From contig NZ_CP032551.1 in assembly GCF_009734345.1 (NCBI RefSeq), positions 990,001-1,022,000 on the forward strand: a stretch of DNA of 32,000 bases, given 5' to 3'. The translations under genes and the position numbers were made by a program. The stretch's first letter is position 1; each line of letters starts with the position of its first letter. The stretch comes from Pseudidiomarina andamanensis (GTDB lineage: Bacteria > Pseudomonadota > Gammaproteobacteria > Enterobacterales > Alteromonadaceae). The notes under the pieces were generated by a model. The model saw only the letters and a program-made list of their open reading frames with translations. It had not been told where the DNA came from and did not search any database. This document shows positions 22,801-30,379 of this stretch, one piece after another.

Positions 22801-23325
22801 TTCTTTATATTTTGATATACCTGCAGCTTCTTCGATGAAAATACGAAGTTCTTGCGGTTTTGACTCAATTAGACGAGAAATCATGCCTTGTTCAATAATG
22901 GCATAACTGCGAGGCCCAAGACCGGTACCTAAAAATAAATCAGTGATGTCCCGACGTCGGCATTTACTGTTGTTCAGAAAGTAATCGGAACGACCATCGC
23001 GAGTAACTAAGCGTTTAACCGAAATTTCGGCGTAGTTAGCGTATTCGCCTTGAATACGTCCAGAGCTGTTATCAAAGACGAGTTCGACACTGGCTTGAGA
23101 TACAGGTTTACGCGAACTGGAGCCATTAAATATGACATCCGTCATGGCATCACCACGCAGGTTTTTCGCCGAGCTCTCACCAAGAACCCAGCGTACCGCA
23201 TCTATTACGTTTGATTTACCGCAGCCGTTGGGTCCAACAACACACGTCATTTGATGTGGAAATGGAACCTTGGTGGGGTCTACAAACGATTTGAAACCAA
23301 CCAGTTTAATGTGTTTTAGGCGCAT
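19864..23325 (-). CDS. smc: Chromosome segregation protein SMC
   Basis: Walker A GPNGCGKS, signature LSGGEKALTALSL, Walker B CLLDEVDAPLDD. Two long Q/E-rich coiled coils flank a hinge. 1153 aa. Confidence 0.93.
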   Translation of the reverse strand: MRLKHIKLVGFKSFVDPTKVPFPHQMTCVVGPNGCGKSNVIDAVRWVLGESSAKNLRGDAMTDVIFNGSSSRKPVSQASVELVFDNSSGRIQGEYANYAEISVKRLVTRDGRSDYFLNNSKCRRRDITDLFLGTGLGPRSYAIIEQGMISRLIESKPQELRIFIEEAAGISKYKERRRETENRMQHTRDNLDRLNDVRDELGTQLDKLQRQAAAARRYKDLKAQERKYKAELQALRWLAQEQQAEQIRSSIREQETELERWLAEQRGSERGTIELRELAEETKQKLDAIQQQFYQLGNDITRHEHELQAVRQQQQQREQRRHQLQAELTQLEQTLQDDKAQWQELEQQRELLTPELEIAEQQLQEAQVRLETEEQAWMQWQDDYQRHLNELQQHRDQQQQVQLQQQRAEHQIQHHQDELQRVRQELDELQREFANLSDSQLQQQLDDLSAARAQLQEQLKATDSQLTEALTETEELQVQREQLQSQQQQLLGQQRSLEHLLQAAQAENWPQAVSQWLQEQGIEPLGQVRELLQVNDTWQLATEQVVSGWLDAWVLEERPQHWPQHLGAKLVILQKHQITQDSMAMQLSGPLRQWPLLNQITCRSDAQLANEDSSVTAINQEGQCWSAGGYQAPQVAAENSQIAQQQELQSVMSELQSLEQKLALINDALSEKKLTSVELQQRREQQREHLSDVQGQYLSCSEKLQWQQQQLTALAGKQQGLEDRQISLQEQLETLQIEHQELSEHYALLQSQQQDGEDGDWQERRAQLQASRQQAQTALGQVQKAHQDCVLQIQQIESQRQHLQTLVSRVESQQRQAQEQLTMIDEPDIDSQEQLEVLALQLEELIQRREQVDEERREWANKLSEQEAQIREISSGAQGVQGQIEKVRVKLQSSQMELAALQERTRNVLAVLQEMQQPLKPVLEQLSEEANEKAWHAELERLQNAIQRLGAINLAAIEEAEVLAERKEYLDQQHEDLSSSLETLETAIRKIDKETRQRFRTTYDAVNSGLQELFPKVFGGGSAYLELTDDDLLETGVTIMARPPGKKNSTIHLLSGGEKALTALSLVFAIFRLNPAPFCLLDEVDAPLDDANVGRFCRLVEEMSATVQFIYISHNKVAMEMASHLAGVTMQEAGVSRLVAVDIDEAVALTEAS

Positions 23326-23569
23326 TTATAATCGTTGTCAGTTCGCTACCAAAAAGAGGAAACATCCCGTGTTTTTATATGGTTTCGACATTAGCAGATA
23401 ATCGATAATTTTGTAATAGCTTTACACGTTCTAGAATGATTAACTAATGCTTACAGTTTCAAGAAATTAGTAACGTTGAGACAAGTTATAATTGTCTCAC
23501 TGCGCTCGCTGCACACAAAAAGCAAGCATTGAGTCATGTTATTACTTAAATTCAATATACGGGGAAGCT

Positions 23570-24325
23570 ATGCACGTTTACAGTGAGTTTGGCGGTAGCT
23601 ACATACAGAGAGGCTTTGAGCTTGCCTTCCAAAAGGGACTACGCCGTTACGTATTAATACCACTTACTATTAATATCGTTCTATTTAGTGTCGCTATTTA
23701 CGCTACGTTCCATTACACAACGATTGGTGTTGAGAAGCTTATGGCCTGGTTGCCAGGTTACTTATATTGGTTAGAGGTACTTTTGTGGCCATTGATTGTG
23801 ATTGGAATTGTGCTGATTTTTGCACTGACTTTTACCAGCGTGGCCAATATCATCGCCTCGCCCTTTAACAGTCTTTTAGCTGAACAAGTCGAGATTAGAT
23901 TAACTGGCAAAGGCCCAATTGACGGCGGTGTGGCTGGGATGGTTCGAGATATTCCACGAATTATCGGACGCGAGCTTCAAAAGATTATTTATTTCATTCC
24001 CCGTATTCTTGGGTTCGGTTTATTACTTTTATTTGTCCCGATTATTGGTCAGATTCTATGGTTTCTTTTTAGTGGTTGGATGATGACCATTCAATATGCC
24101 GACTACCCATTTGATAACCACAAAATTCCGTTCCGAACCATGCGTCACGAATTATGGCGTCGCTCTGGAAAGAGTTTATCGTTCGGTTGTATTGTTGCCG
24201 TATTGGCAAGTATTCCGCTAGTAAACTTAGTGATGATACCCTTAGCAGTATGCGGTGCGACCGCAATGTGGGTAGATCACATTCAATCTGCGATGAATAG
24301 ATCTAGCAATCATTCTTTAACATGA
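23570..24325 (+). CDS. cysZ: Sulfate transporter CysZ
   Basis: Polytopic membrane protein of about 250 aa (FELAFQKGLRRYVLIPL...). Position matches the E. coli zipA/cysZ neighbourhood. ATG 23570 has GGGGAAG upstream. The listed upstream extension from 23492 is not supported. Confidence 0.88.
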   Translation: MHVYSEFGGSYIQRGFELAFQKGLRRYVLIPLTINIVLFSVAIYATFHYTTIGVEKLMAWLPGYLYWLEVLLWPLIVIGIVLIFALTFTSVANIIASPFNSLLAEQVEIRLTGKGPIDGGVAGMVRDIPRIIGRELQKIIYFIPRILGFGLLLLFVPIIGQILWFLFSGWMMTIQYADYPFDNHKIPFRTMRHELWRRSGKSLSFGCIVAVLASIPLVNLVMIPLAVCGATAMWVDHIQSAMNRSSNHSLT

Positions 24326-24362
24326 TTATCATTTTTTTAAAGTTTACATCTGATAATTGCAC

Positions 24363-25196
24363 ATGATTATGATTCATCGAGGCATTGTTTACAGTTTAAT
24401 GATTTTGCTGACCAGCTGGAGTCACAGCTCGAATGCAGATCCTCACGAGATTGTGTGGGCAGCGAATATTTCGCCACCCTTTCACATCGCTTCTGGCCCT
24501 TACGCACAGCAAGGGCTTTGCGATGCGCTCGTTGACGCATTCACCCAAGCAATGCCCGAAACGAATCAAAAAGTGGAATATTTACCGCAAATGCGAATTG
24601 GTATGCTGTGGGAGCGAGAAAAGAATATCTGTTTTCCATGCATGATTCATCGAGATGAAGAGCAAGAGTTGATCGCCTTTTCGAAGCCTACCCATACTTA
24701 CCCAACGCATGGCATCATCACCCGTCCTGAACTTGTGCCAGAGTTAACGAAAAAATATGGCAATCCGCTTGATTTAGAACTGATGCTGCAAGATCAACGG
24801 TATCGATTTGGCCAACCTGTCGGTCGACTATACGGCAAGCTGCAACCCTTGCTTGAAAAATACCTACTTGGCACTTCTCAACACACAGATATTTCTGGCG
24901 ATACTGCCAACACCAGCATGATGTCGATGATCTTAAGCAATCGTCTCGATTTTACTATTGATTATCCGATGGTGAAACGCTATTACGAAGAAACCGAAGG
25001 GCGATCTCTCGCATTTTTGCCGGTAACACAATTAATGAATGACATTATTGTTGGTGCGGTCGCTTGTACCAAAAATGCTTGGGGTGACGAAACCGTCAGG
25101 CGAATCAATGAAGTCATTCCTAAAGTTCAAAACAACGCCAATTTTATTCAAGCTCAAGAGCTGTGGCTAAAAAATGCAATCAACAGTGCCAATTAG
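24363..25196 (+). CDS. Periplasmic solute-binding-like protein (SBP family 3-like; resembles the TIGR02285-type conserved hypothetical family)
   Basis: Signal peptide ending ...SHSSNA|DP. Size and pattern fit a type-3 periplasmic binding fold. The family call comes from memory of sequence patterns only. Start is uncertain (ATG 24363 or 24369) and there is no clear SD. Confidence 0.55.
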   Translation: MIMIHRGIVYSLMILLTSWSHSSNADPHEIVWAANISPPFHIASGPYAQQGLCDALVDAFTQAMPETNQKVEYLPQMRIGMLWEREKNICFPCMIHRDEEQELIAFSKPTHTYPTHGIITRPELVPELTKKYGNPLDLELMLQDQRYRFGQPVGRLYGKLQPLLEKYLLGTSQHTDISGDTANTSMMSMILSNRLDFTIDYPMVKRYYEETEGRSLAFLPVTQLMNDIIVGAVACTKNAWGDETVRRINEVIPKVQNNANFIQAQELWLKNAINSAN

Positions 25197-25214
25197 CATG
25201 AGATAAAATAAGCG

Positions 25215-25223
25215 TGATATAAT
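25215..25223 (+). promoter_or_regulatory. Extended -10 promoter element (TGATATAAT) upstream of rimO
   Basis: Perfect TGnTATAAT, with the -10 about 40 nt upstream of the rimO ATG. It lies in the loop of an AT-rich imperfect inverted repeat (AGATAAAATAA..GCG / CGC..TTATTTTATCT). Confidence 0.4.
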
Positions 25224-25262
25224 TGCGCTTGTTTATTTTATCTGTAACTAATTGAGCGCATC

Positions 25263-26618
25263 ATGACCGTTGAAAAATTCCAGCCTGCCGCCGTGACTAA
25301 TGACTCAGCTGCGCGGATTGGCTTCGTCAGCTTAGGCTGCCCGAAAAACCTCGTCGATTCTGAACGAATTCTTACCCAACTTCGTACCGAAGGCTACGAC
25401 ATTGTAAACAGCTACAACAACGCCGATATGGTTATTGTGAACACTTGTGGCTTTATCGATTCTGCCGTACAAGAATCACTCGATGCGATTGGTGAAGCAC
25501 TCAACGAAAATGGCAAAGTGATTGTCACTGGCTGCCTTGGCGCAAAGGACGATGAAATTCGAGAAGTACACCCGAACGTCTTGGCTATTACCGGCCCTCA
25601 TGCCTATGAAGAAGTCATGGGGCACGTACATCAGTACGTACCAAAACCAACGAAAATCCCTTTTGAGAACCTCGTTCCTGAAACCGGTGTGAAACTTACA
25701 CCGCGTCATTTTGCCTACTTAAAGATCTCTGAGGGCTGTAACCACCGCTGCACGTTCTGCATCATTCCAAGCATGCGCGGCGATCTTGTCAGTCGACCTA
25801 TCGGTGATGTATTAAGCGAAGCACAGCGTCTTGCGAATGCCGGCGTGAAAGAATTACTAGTCATTTCACAAGATACCAGTGCTTATGGCGTTGATGTGAA
25901 ACACAAAACTGGGTTTTGGGAAGGTCAACCGGTTAAAACGAGCATGCTTGCGCTGTGCGAAGCGCTTGGACAACTCGGAGTTTGGGTTCGTCTACATTAC
26001 GTTTACCCGTACCCAAGTGTGGATGACGTGATTCCATTAATGGCAGAGGGTAAATTACTCCCCTACTTAGATATTCCATTGCAGCATGCCAATAAACGCA
26101 TTCTCAAACTGATGAAGCGCCCAGGCTCAGCTGATCGCACATTAGAGCGCATTCGCAAATGGCGTGAAATTTGTCCGGATTTAACCATTCGCAGTACCTT
26201 CATTGTTGGTTTCCCTAGTGAAACTGAAGAAGAGTTTGAAGAGCTATTACAATTTTTACGTGATGCGCAGCTTGATCGCGTTGGTTGTTTCACCTACTCC
26301 GATGTTGAAGGTGCTAAGGCCAACGAATTGCCTGACCCGGTTCCAGAAGAAGTGAAACAGCAACGCTATGCGCGATTTATGGAAGTTCAGCAAGAAATTA
26401 GTGCCGCACGCCTACAGGCCAAGATTGGCCGCACACTGAGCGTATTAATTGATGAAGTGGATGAAGAAGGCGCTATTGGTCGCAGCTATGCCGATGCACC
26501 TGAAATTGATGGCTTAGTCTATTTAAATGGCGAATTTAACGTGCAACCCGGTGACCGAGTCGATGTATTGATTGAACACGCCGATGAATACGACTTATGG
26601 GGTACGGTGCAACGCTAA
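25263..26618 (+). CDS. rimO: Ribosomal protein S12 methylthiotransferase (radical SAM)
   Basis: [17 protein letters not shown] (UPF0004 domain), radical-SAM CNHRCTFC, C-terminal TRAM domain. 451 aa. Confidence 0.95.
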   Translation: MTVEKFQPAAVTNDSAARIGFVSLGCPKNLVDSERILTQLRTEGYDIVNSYNNADMVIVNTCGFIDSAVQESLDAIGEALNENGKVIVTGCLGAKDDEIREVHPNVLAITGPHAYEEVMGHVHQYVPKPTKIPFENLVPETGVKLTPRHFAYLKISEGCNHRCTFCIIPSMRGDLVSRPIGDVLSEAQRLANAGVKELLVISQDTSAYGVDVKHKTGFWEGQPVKTSMLALCEALGQLGVWVRLHYVYPYPSVDDVIPLMAEGKLLPYLDIPLQHANKRILKLMKRPGSADRTLERIRKWREICPDLTIRSTFIVGFPSETEEEFEELLQFLRDAQLDRVGCFTYSDVEGAKANELPDPVPEEVKQQRYARFMEVQQEISAARLQAKIGRTLSVLIDEVDEEGAIGRSYADAPEIDGLVYLNGEFNVQPGDRVDVLIEHADEYDLWGTVQR

Positions 26619-26642
26619 GTGACACTGTGACTCGTTGTTTTG

Positions 26643-26678
26643 AAAGCCTCGTCACCTTTTGCGGTATGAGGCTTTTTT
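26643..26678 (+). terminator. Rho-independent terminator after rimO
   Basis: Stem AAGCCTC (26644-26650) / GAGGCTT (26668-26674) with an internal ACC/GGT extension, followed by a T-run to 26678. The loop is rather large. Confidence 0.6.
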
Positions 26679-26680
26679 AC

Positions 26681-26708
26681 TTGCCTTTATTTTTCCTGAC
26701 ACTATGAT
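26681..26708 (+). promoter_or_regulatory. Candidate sigma70 promoter for the rnk leader region
   Basis: TTGCCT (26681-26686), a 16-nt spacer, then TATGAT (26703-26708), directly after the rimO terminator. Confidence 0.45.
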
Positions 26709-26734
26709 TGAATGATATTGCTTCGAGGAAAAAC

Positions 26735-26800
26735 ATGAACCTTTATCTTGTGCAACACAACGCACAACATACCGTAACAACACTTACCTTACCTATCTAA
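26735..26800 (+). CDS. Candidate 21-codon leader sORF (MNLYLVQHNAQHTVTTLTLPI)
   Basis: GAGGA (26725-26729) lies 5 nt before the ATG, and a candidate promoter lies about 27 nt further upstream. The TAA stop directly abuts a GC-rich hairpin. No homology evidence is available. Confidence 0.35.
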   Translation: MNLYLVQHNAQHTVTTLTLPI

Positions 26801-26826
26801 GCCGGGCGTAATCGGATACGTCCGGC
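26801..26826 (+). promoter_or_regulatory. GC-rich stem-loop between the sORF stop and the next ATG
   Basis: GCCGGGCG (26801-26808) pairs with CGTCCGGC (26819-26826): 8 bp, one of them a G.U in RNA, with a 10-nt loop. No U-tract follows, so it is not a classic intrinsic terminator. Confidence 0.4.
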
Positions 26827-26951
26827 GCGCATGGCTGAATCTCAAAAACGTTCAGTATTAAAACCTAAAGTTAATCGTTCTACACAACCTGTTAAGCCTA
26901 GTGCTTGCTGGTATCTACGCGATGACTAAATCAATTAAGAGAGTATGTGAC

Positions 26952-27332
26952 ATGAATCAACCACCAGAAATTACGATTACGAAAAAAGATTTGGGTCAAA
27001 TTGAGACATTGCTGGCATCAACGAAGCCTTTACCAGACTGTGCAGATGAATTAGAAGGGGAGCTCGCTCGAGCAAACGTTGTCTCGAATGATGCATTGCC
27101 AGAAAATGTTGTCGCGCTTGGTAGTCAGGTTACCTTTAAGATTATCGCAACTGCTGCAACCTTTACCAAAGTGTTGTGCTTACCTTCTGAAGTTAACCAA
27201 ATCGATGGCGGAATCTCGGTCTTCGCACCAATAGGCGCTGCTATTCTTGGTTTATCGGAAGGACAGCAGATTGATTGGGACAGTCCAAGAGGTCAGCAGC
27301 GTATTGAAATTATTGAAGTAGCGCACAATTAA
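26952..27332 (+). CDS. rnk: Regulator of nucleoside diphosphate kinase (GreA/GreB-family C-terminal-domain protein)
   Basis: [21 protein letters not shown] aligns with E. coli Rnk [38 protein letters not shown] aligns with LSVMAPVGAALLGLRVGD. AAGAGAG SD about 8 nt upstream. The listed start at 26901 is not supported. Confidence 0.85.
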   Translation: [126 protein letters not shown]

Positions 27333-27341
27333 ATTGTGCGC
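27321..27341. terminator. Palindromic hairpin between convergent rnk and rmuC (possible bidirectional terminator)
   Basis: GCGCACAATTAAATTGTGCGC is a perfect 21-nt palindrome overlapping the rnk stop codon. No clear U-tract on either side. Confidence 0.4.
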
Positions 27342-27346
27342 CTACT

Positions 27347-28720
27347 TTAGTCTTTGTCGGCGTCCTCTGTATTGTCATCATTAAGCAGTTTATTATCAAT
27401 CTGCTTCGATGTTTGAACCCCGAGTTTACGGAAGTTTTCAACACGTCCAACTAGGTTACCGCGCCCCGATGACAGCTTATTCATGGCGCCATCGTAGTGC
27501 TTACGTACGCTATCAATGGCATTACCAATTTTCTGCATATCTTCGATAAAACCAACAAACTTGTCGTAAAGTTTTGCTGCTTCCGTGGCGATGACTTGCG
27601 CATTTTGATTTTGATACTCGTACTGCCAAATATTATTCACTGTGCGCAAAGCAACGAGAAGGTTGGTTGGGCTCACAAGCATAATGTTGTTATCTAAGGC
27701 CAATCGAATGAGTTCAGGATCACGGTCAACCGCAAGTAAGAACGCTGGCTCAATCGGAATAAACATCAACACATAATCAAGGGTACGCACGCCGTCGAGT
27801 TGCTGATAATTCTTTTTACCCAAACCTTTGATATGACTGCGCAGCGAGTTGACATGCTCAGTCAGTGCTTGGTCACGTTCCGTGTCATTATCGCTATTAA
27901 AGTAGCGTTCATAGGCAACTAATGACACCTTCGAATCAATCACCACATCTTTGTCATTCGGCAGGTGAACAACCACGTCTGGCTTGAAGGTTTTGCCGTC
28001 GTCATCTTTATGATGCGACTGGGTGTGGTACTCGTTGCCTTCGGTTAAACCCGACTGCTTTAAAATTCGCTCGAGCACAACTTCACCCCACGTACCCTGA
28101 GCTTTGGTATCGCCCTTAAGTGCGCGAGTTAAAGCCTCTGCTTCCGCCGCCATTTGCTTGTTCAAATCGCGTAACGAATTCACCTGCGCAGTCAGTTCCG
28201 AACGCTGTTTCAACTCTTCAGTGTATTGCTGAGTCACCTGAGTTTTGAATGCTTCAAGCTGCTGTTTAAATGGCGCTAGTGTGGTTTCAAGCGTTTGTTT
28301 ACTGCTCGCTTGTAGGCGCTCTGATTTTTGTTCGAAAATTTGCTGCGCTAAGCGTTCGAACTCTTTCTTCAAACGCTCCTCACTCGCTTCCAACAACTTC
28401 TGCTTCTCTTCAGCGCCTTGCAATTTTGCACTTAAATCAGCCCGAACACCGGCTAATTCAGCTTGTAAATCGCTCCGTTGCTGCTGAACTTGCTGAAGTT
28501 GCTGTTCGCGCTGCGCGAGCCGCTGCTCAAAGCCCGCTTGAAGCTGTTGATTTTGCTCACGCAACTGTTGCAGTTGGTTTTCAAGGAAGCTCTGCTGTTG
28601 CAACGCTTCCTGTTGCAGCGATTTATTCCGCGGGGCGAGAATTAACCACACCACAAGCCCAACAATTATTGCAGCCGTTGCGACGGCTGTAACGAGTTGC
28701 CATAGCTCAAGATTAAGCAT
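27347..28720 (-). CDS. rmuC: DNA recombination protein RmuC
   Basis: N-terminal TM helix, Q/E-rich coiled coil, then the conserved core LTRALKGDTKAQGTWGEVVLERIL...LDYVLMFIPIEPAFLLA...NIMLVSPTNLLVALRTV, close to E. coli RmuC. Confidence 0.92.
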   Translation of the reverse strand: MLNLELWQLVTAVATAAIIVGLVVWLILAPRNKSLQQEALQQQSFLENQLQQLREQNQQLQAGFEQRLAQREQQLQQVQQQRSDLQAELAGVRADLSAKLQGAEEKQKLLEASEERLKKEFERLAQQIFEQKSERLQASSKQTLETTLAPFKQQLEAFKTQVTQQYTEELKQRSELTAQVNSLRDLNKQMAAEAEALTRALKGDTKAQGTWGEVVLERILKQSGLTEGNEYHTQSHHKDDDGKTFKPDVVVHLPNDKDVVIDSKVSLVAYERYFNSDNDTERDQALTEHVNSLRSHIKGLGKKNYQQLDGVRTLDYVLMFIPIEPAFLLAVDRDPELIRLALDNNIMLVSPTNLLVALRTVNNIWQYEYQNQNAQVIATEAAKLYDKFVGFIEDMQKIGNAIDSVRKHYDGAMNKLSSGRGNLVGRVENFRKLGVQTSKQIDNKLLNDDNTEDADKD

Positions 28721-30224
28721 CAGCCGCTTCCAGTTTTACACGCCAGATAGCAGGACCAGTTTCATGCGCATTCTCACCGGTACTATCGACCGCAACAGTG
28801 ACAGGCATGTCCTCTACTTCAAACTCGTAGATGGCTTCCATACCGAGATCTTCAAACGCCACAACGCGTGCCTTCTTGATGGCTTTCGCAACAAGATAAG
28901 CAGCACCGCCAACGGCCATCAGATAAACCGCTTTATGTTGCTTAATGCTTTCAACCGTTGCTGGACCACGTTCGGCTTTACCGATCATGCCTAAGATGCC
29001 AGTTTTATCGAGCATCAAATCGGTAAATTTATCCATGCGCGTTGCTGTTGTTGGGCCTGCAGGGCCAACAACTTCATCGCCAACAGGATCAACTGGGCCC
29101 ACGTAGTAAATGAACTTATTGGTAAAATCTACCGGCAGATCTTCACCACGATCGAGCATATCTTTAATACGCTTATGCGCCGCATCGCGACCGGTTAGCA
29201 TTTTGCCTGATAACAGAACTGTTTCGCCGGTTTTCCATGTCTCGATATCCGCTTGCGTCACTGTGTCTAAATTCACTCGACGCGCATCGTCACCCAACTC
29301 AAATGTAATATCTGGCCAATCTTCGAGTTTCGGAGGCTGCAGATCTGCTGGGCCCGAACCATCGAGTACAAAATGTGCATGGCGAGTAGCTGCACAGTTT
29401 GGAATCAACGTGACTGGCTTTGATGCGGCATGTGTTGGTGCTGTTTTAATTTTCACGTCCATCACGGTGGTAACACCACCTAAGCCTTGCGCGCCAATGC
29501 CCAATTTGTTCACGCGATGATAAATCTCTAGACGCAATTCTTCTTCAGCGTTTTGAGCTCCGCGATCCAATAGTTCTTGAATATCGACAGGATCCATCAA
29601 GGCTTCTTTGGCCAATACAGCAGATTTTTCCGCAGTACCACCAATGCCTAAACCAATCATTCCCGGTGGACACCAGCCTGCGCCTAGTTTAGGCATGGTT
29701 TCAACAACCCAATCAGCAATGTTATCGCTTGGATTTAGCATCACCATCTTTGATTTATTCTCAGAACCACCGCCTTTGGCTGCAATCATCACCTCGACAT
29801 TGTCGCCCGGTACCATATCGATATGCACAACTGCTGGGGTGTTATCGCCAGTGTTCTTGCGAGCGCCAGCTGGGTCAGCAACAATCGACGCTCGTAGCGG
29901 ATTTTCTGGATTGGTGTAAGCGCGGCGCGTCCCCTCGTCGACCATCTGTTGCACAGTTAGATCAGTCTTATCCCACTGCACGCCCATCCCTACTTTCACA
30001 AAGCAGGTCACAATACCCGTGTCCTGACAAATTGGGCGATGCCCTTGCGCCGACATACGTGAGTTCGTTAGCACTTGCGCAATCGCATTCTTAGCGGCTT
30101 CGCTTTGCTCACGGTGATAAGCCTTTTCAAGCGCTTGAACAAAATCCAATGGGTGATAGTACGAAATGTACTGTAGAGCATCAGCAATGCTCTCGATAAA
30201 ATCTGCCTGACGAATTGTAGCCAT
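28713..30224 (-). CDS. Class I (Fe-S dependent, FumA/FumB-type) fumarate hydratase, roughly 500-aa fused alpha/beta form
   Basis: ICQDTGIV, the GGGSENKS motif and C-terminal beta-domain LLSGKMLTGRDAAHKR...GPTTATRMD. ATG 30224 has GAGG 5-6 nt upstream. The 33-codon GTG extension to 30323 is not supported. Confidence 0.9.
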   Translation of the reverse strand: MATIRQADFIESIADALQYISYYHPLDFVQALEKAYHREQSEAAKNAIAQVLTNSRMSAQGHRPICQDTGIVTCFVKVGMGVQWDKTDLTVQQMVDEGTRRAYTNPENPLRASIVADPAGARKNTGDNTPAVVHIDMVPGDNVEVMIAAKGGGSENKSKMVMLNPSDNIADWVVETMPKLGAGWCPPGMIGLGIGGTAEKSAVLAKEALMDPVDIQELLDRGAQNAEEELRLEIYHRVNKLGIGAQGLGGVTTVMDVKIKTAPTHAASKPVTLIPNCAATRHAHFVLDGSGPADLQPPKLEDWPDITFELGDDARRVNLDTVTQADIETWKTGETVLLSGKMLTGRDAAHKRIKDMLDRGEDLPVDFTNKFIYYVGPVDPVGDEVVGPAGPTTATRMDKFTDLMLDKTGILGMIGKAERGPATVESIKQHKAVYLMAVGGAAYLVAKAIKKARVVAFEDLGMEAIYEFEVEDMPVTVAVDSTGENAHETGPAIWRVKLEAADA

Positions 30225-30379
30225 GAATACCTCGGAACTTAGCTTGGTTCGAATTTCAAGGGGTAACGTAAAGTTGACGCTATCATAGCGTTTTGTCGGC
30301 TGGCTGACTAGTTTCGATGGCACTTCCGCAGGGTAGAATATGATATGCTTTTACGCATTGTAGCAACGGAGTAAATGTT

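Noticed and set aside
23355-23400. AGAGGA followed by a 10-codon GTG ORF in the smc/cysZ intergenic region
   Set aside because: Too short, a non-ATG start, and no structural or promoter context. Most likely chance.
26831-26929. The 32-aa basic peptide (…KPSACWYLRDD) as a RiPP precursor matured by the adjacent radical-SAM enzyme
   Set aside because: The adjacent radical-SAM gene is clearly housekeeping rimO (UPF0004 + radical SAM + TRAM) and is separated from the peptide by a terminator. No transporter, protease or other RiPP maturation genes are present. The peptide is kept only as part of the rnk-leader observation.
28245-30094. Antisense ORFs of 76-140 aa opposite rmuC and the fumarate hydratase gene; similar cases occur opposite zipA (19115-19732), icd, dcp and the TonB receptor
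   Set aside because: All are embedded in strongly supported genes on the other strand and have biased, low-complexity composition with no start context. These are shadow ORFs.
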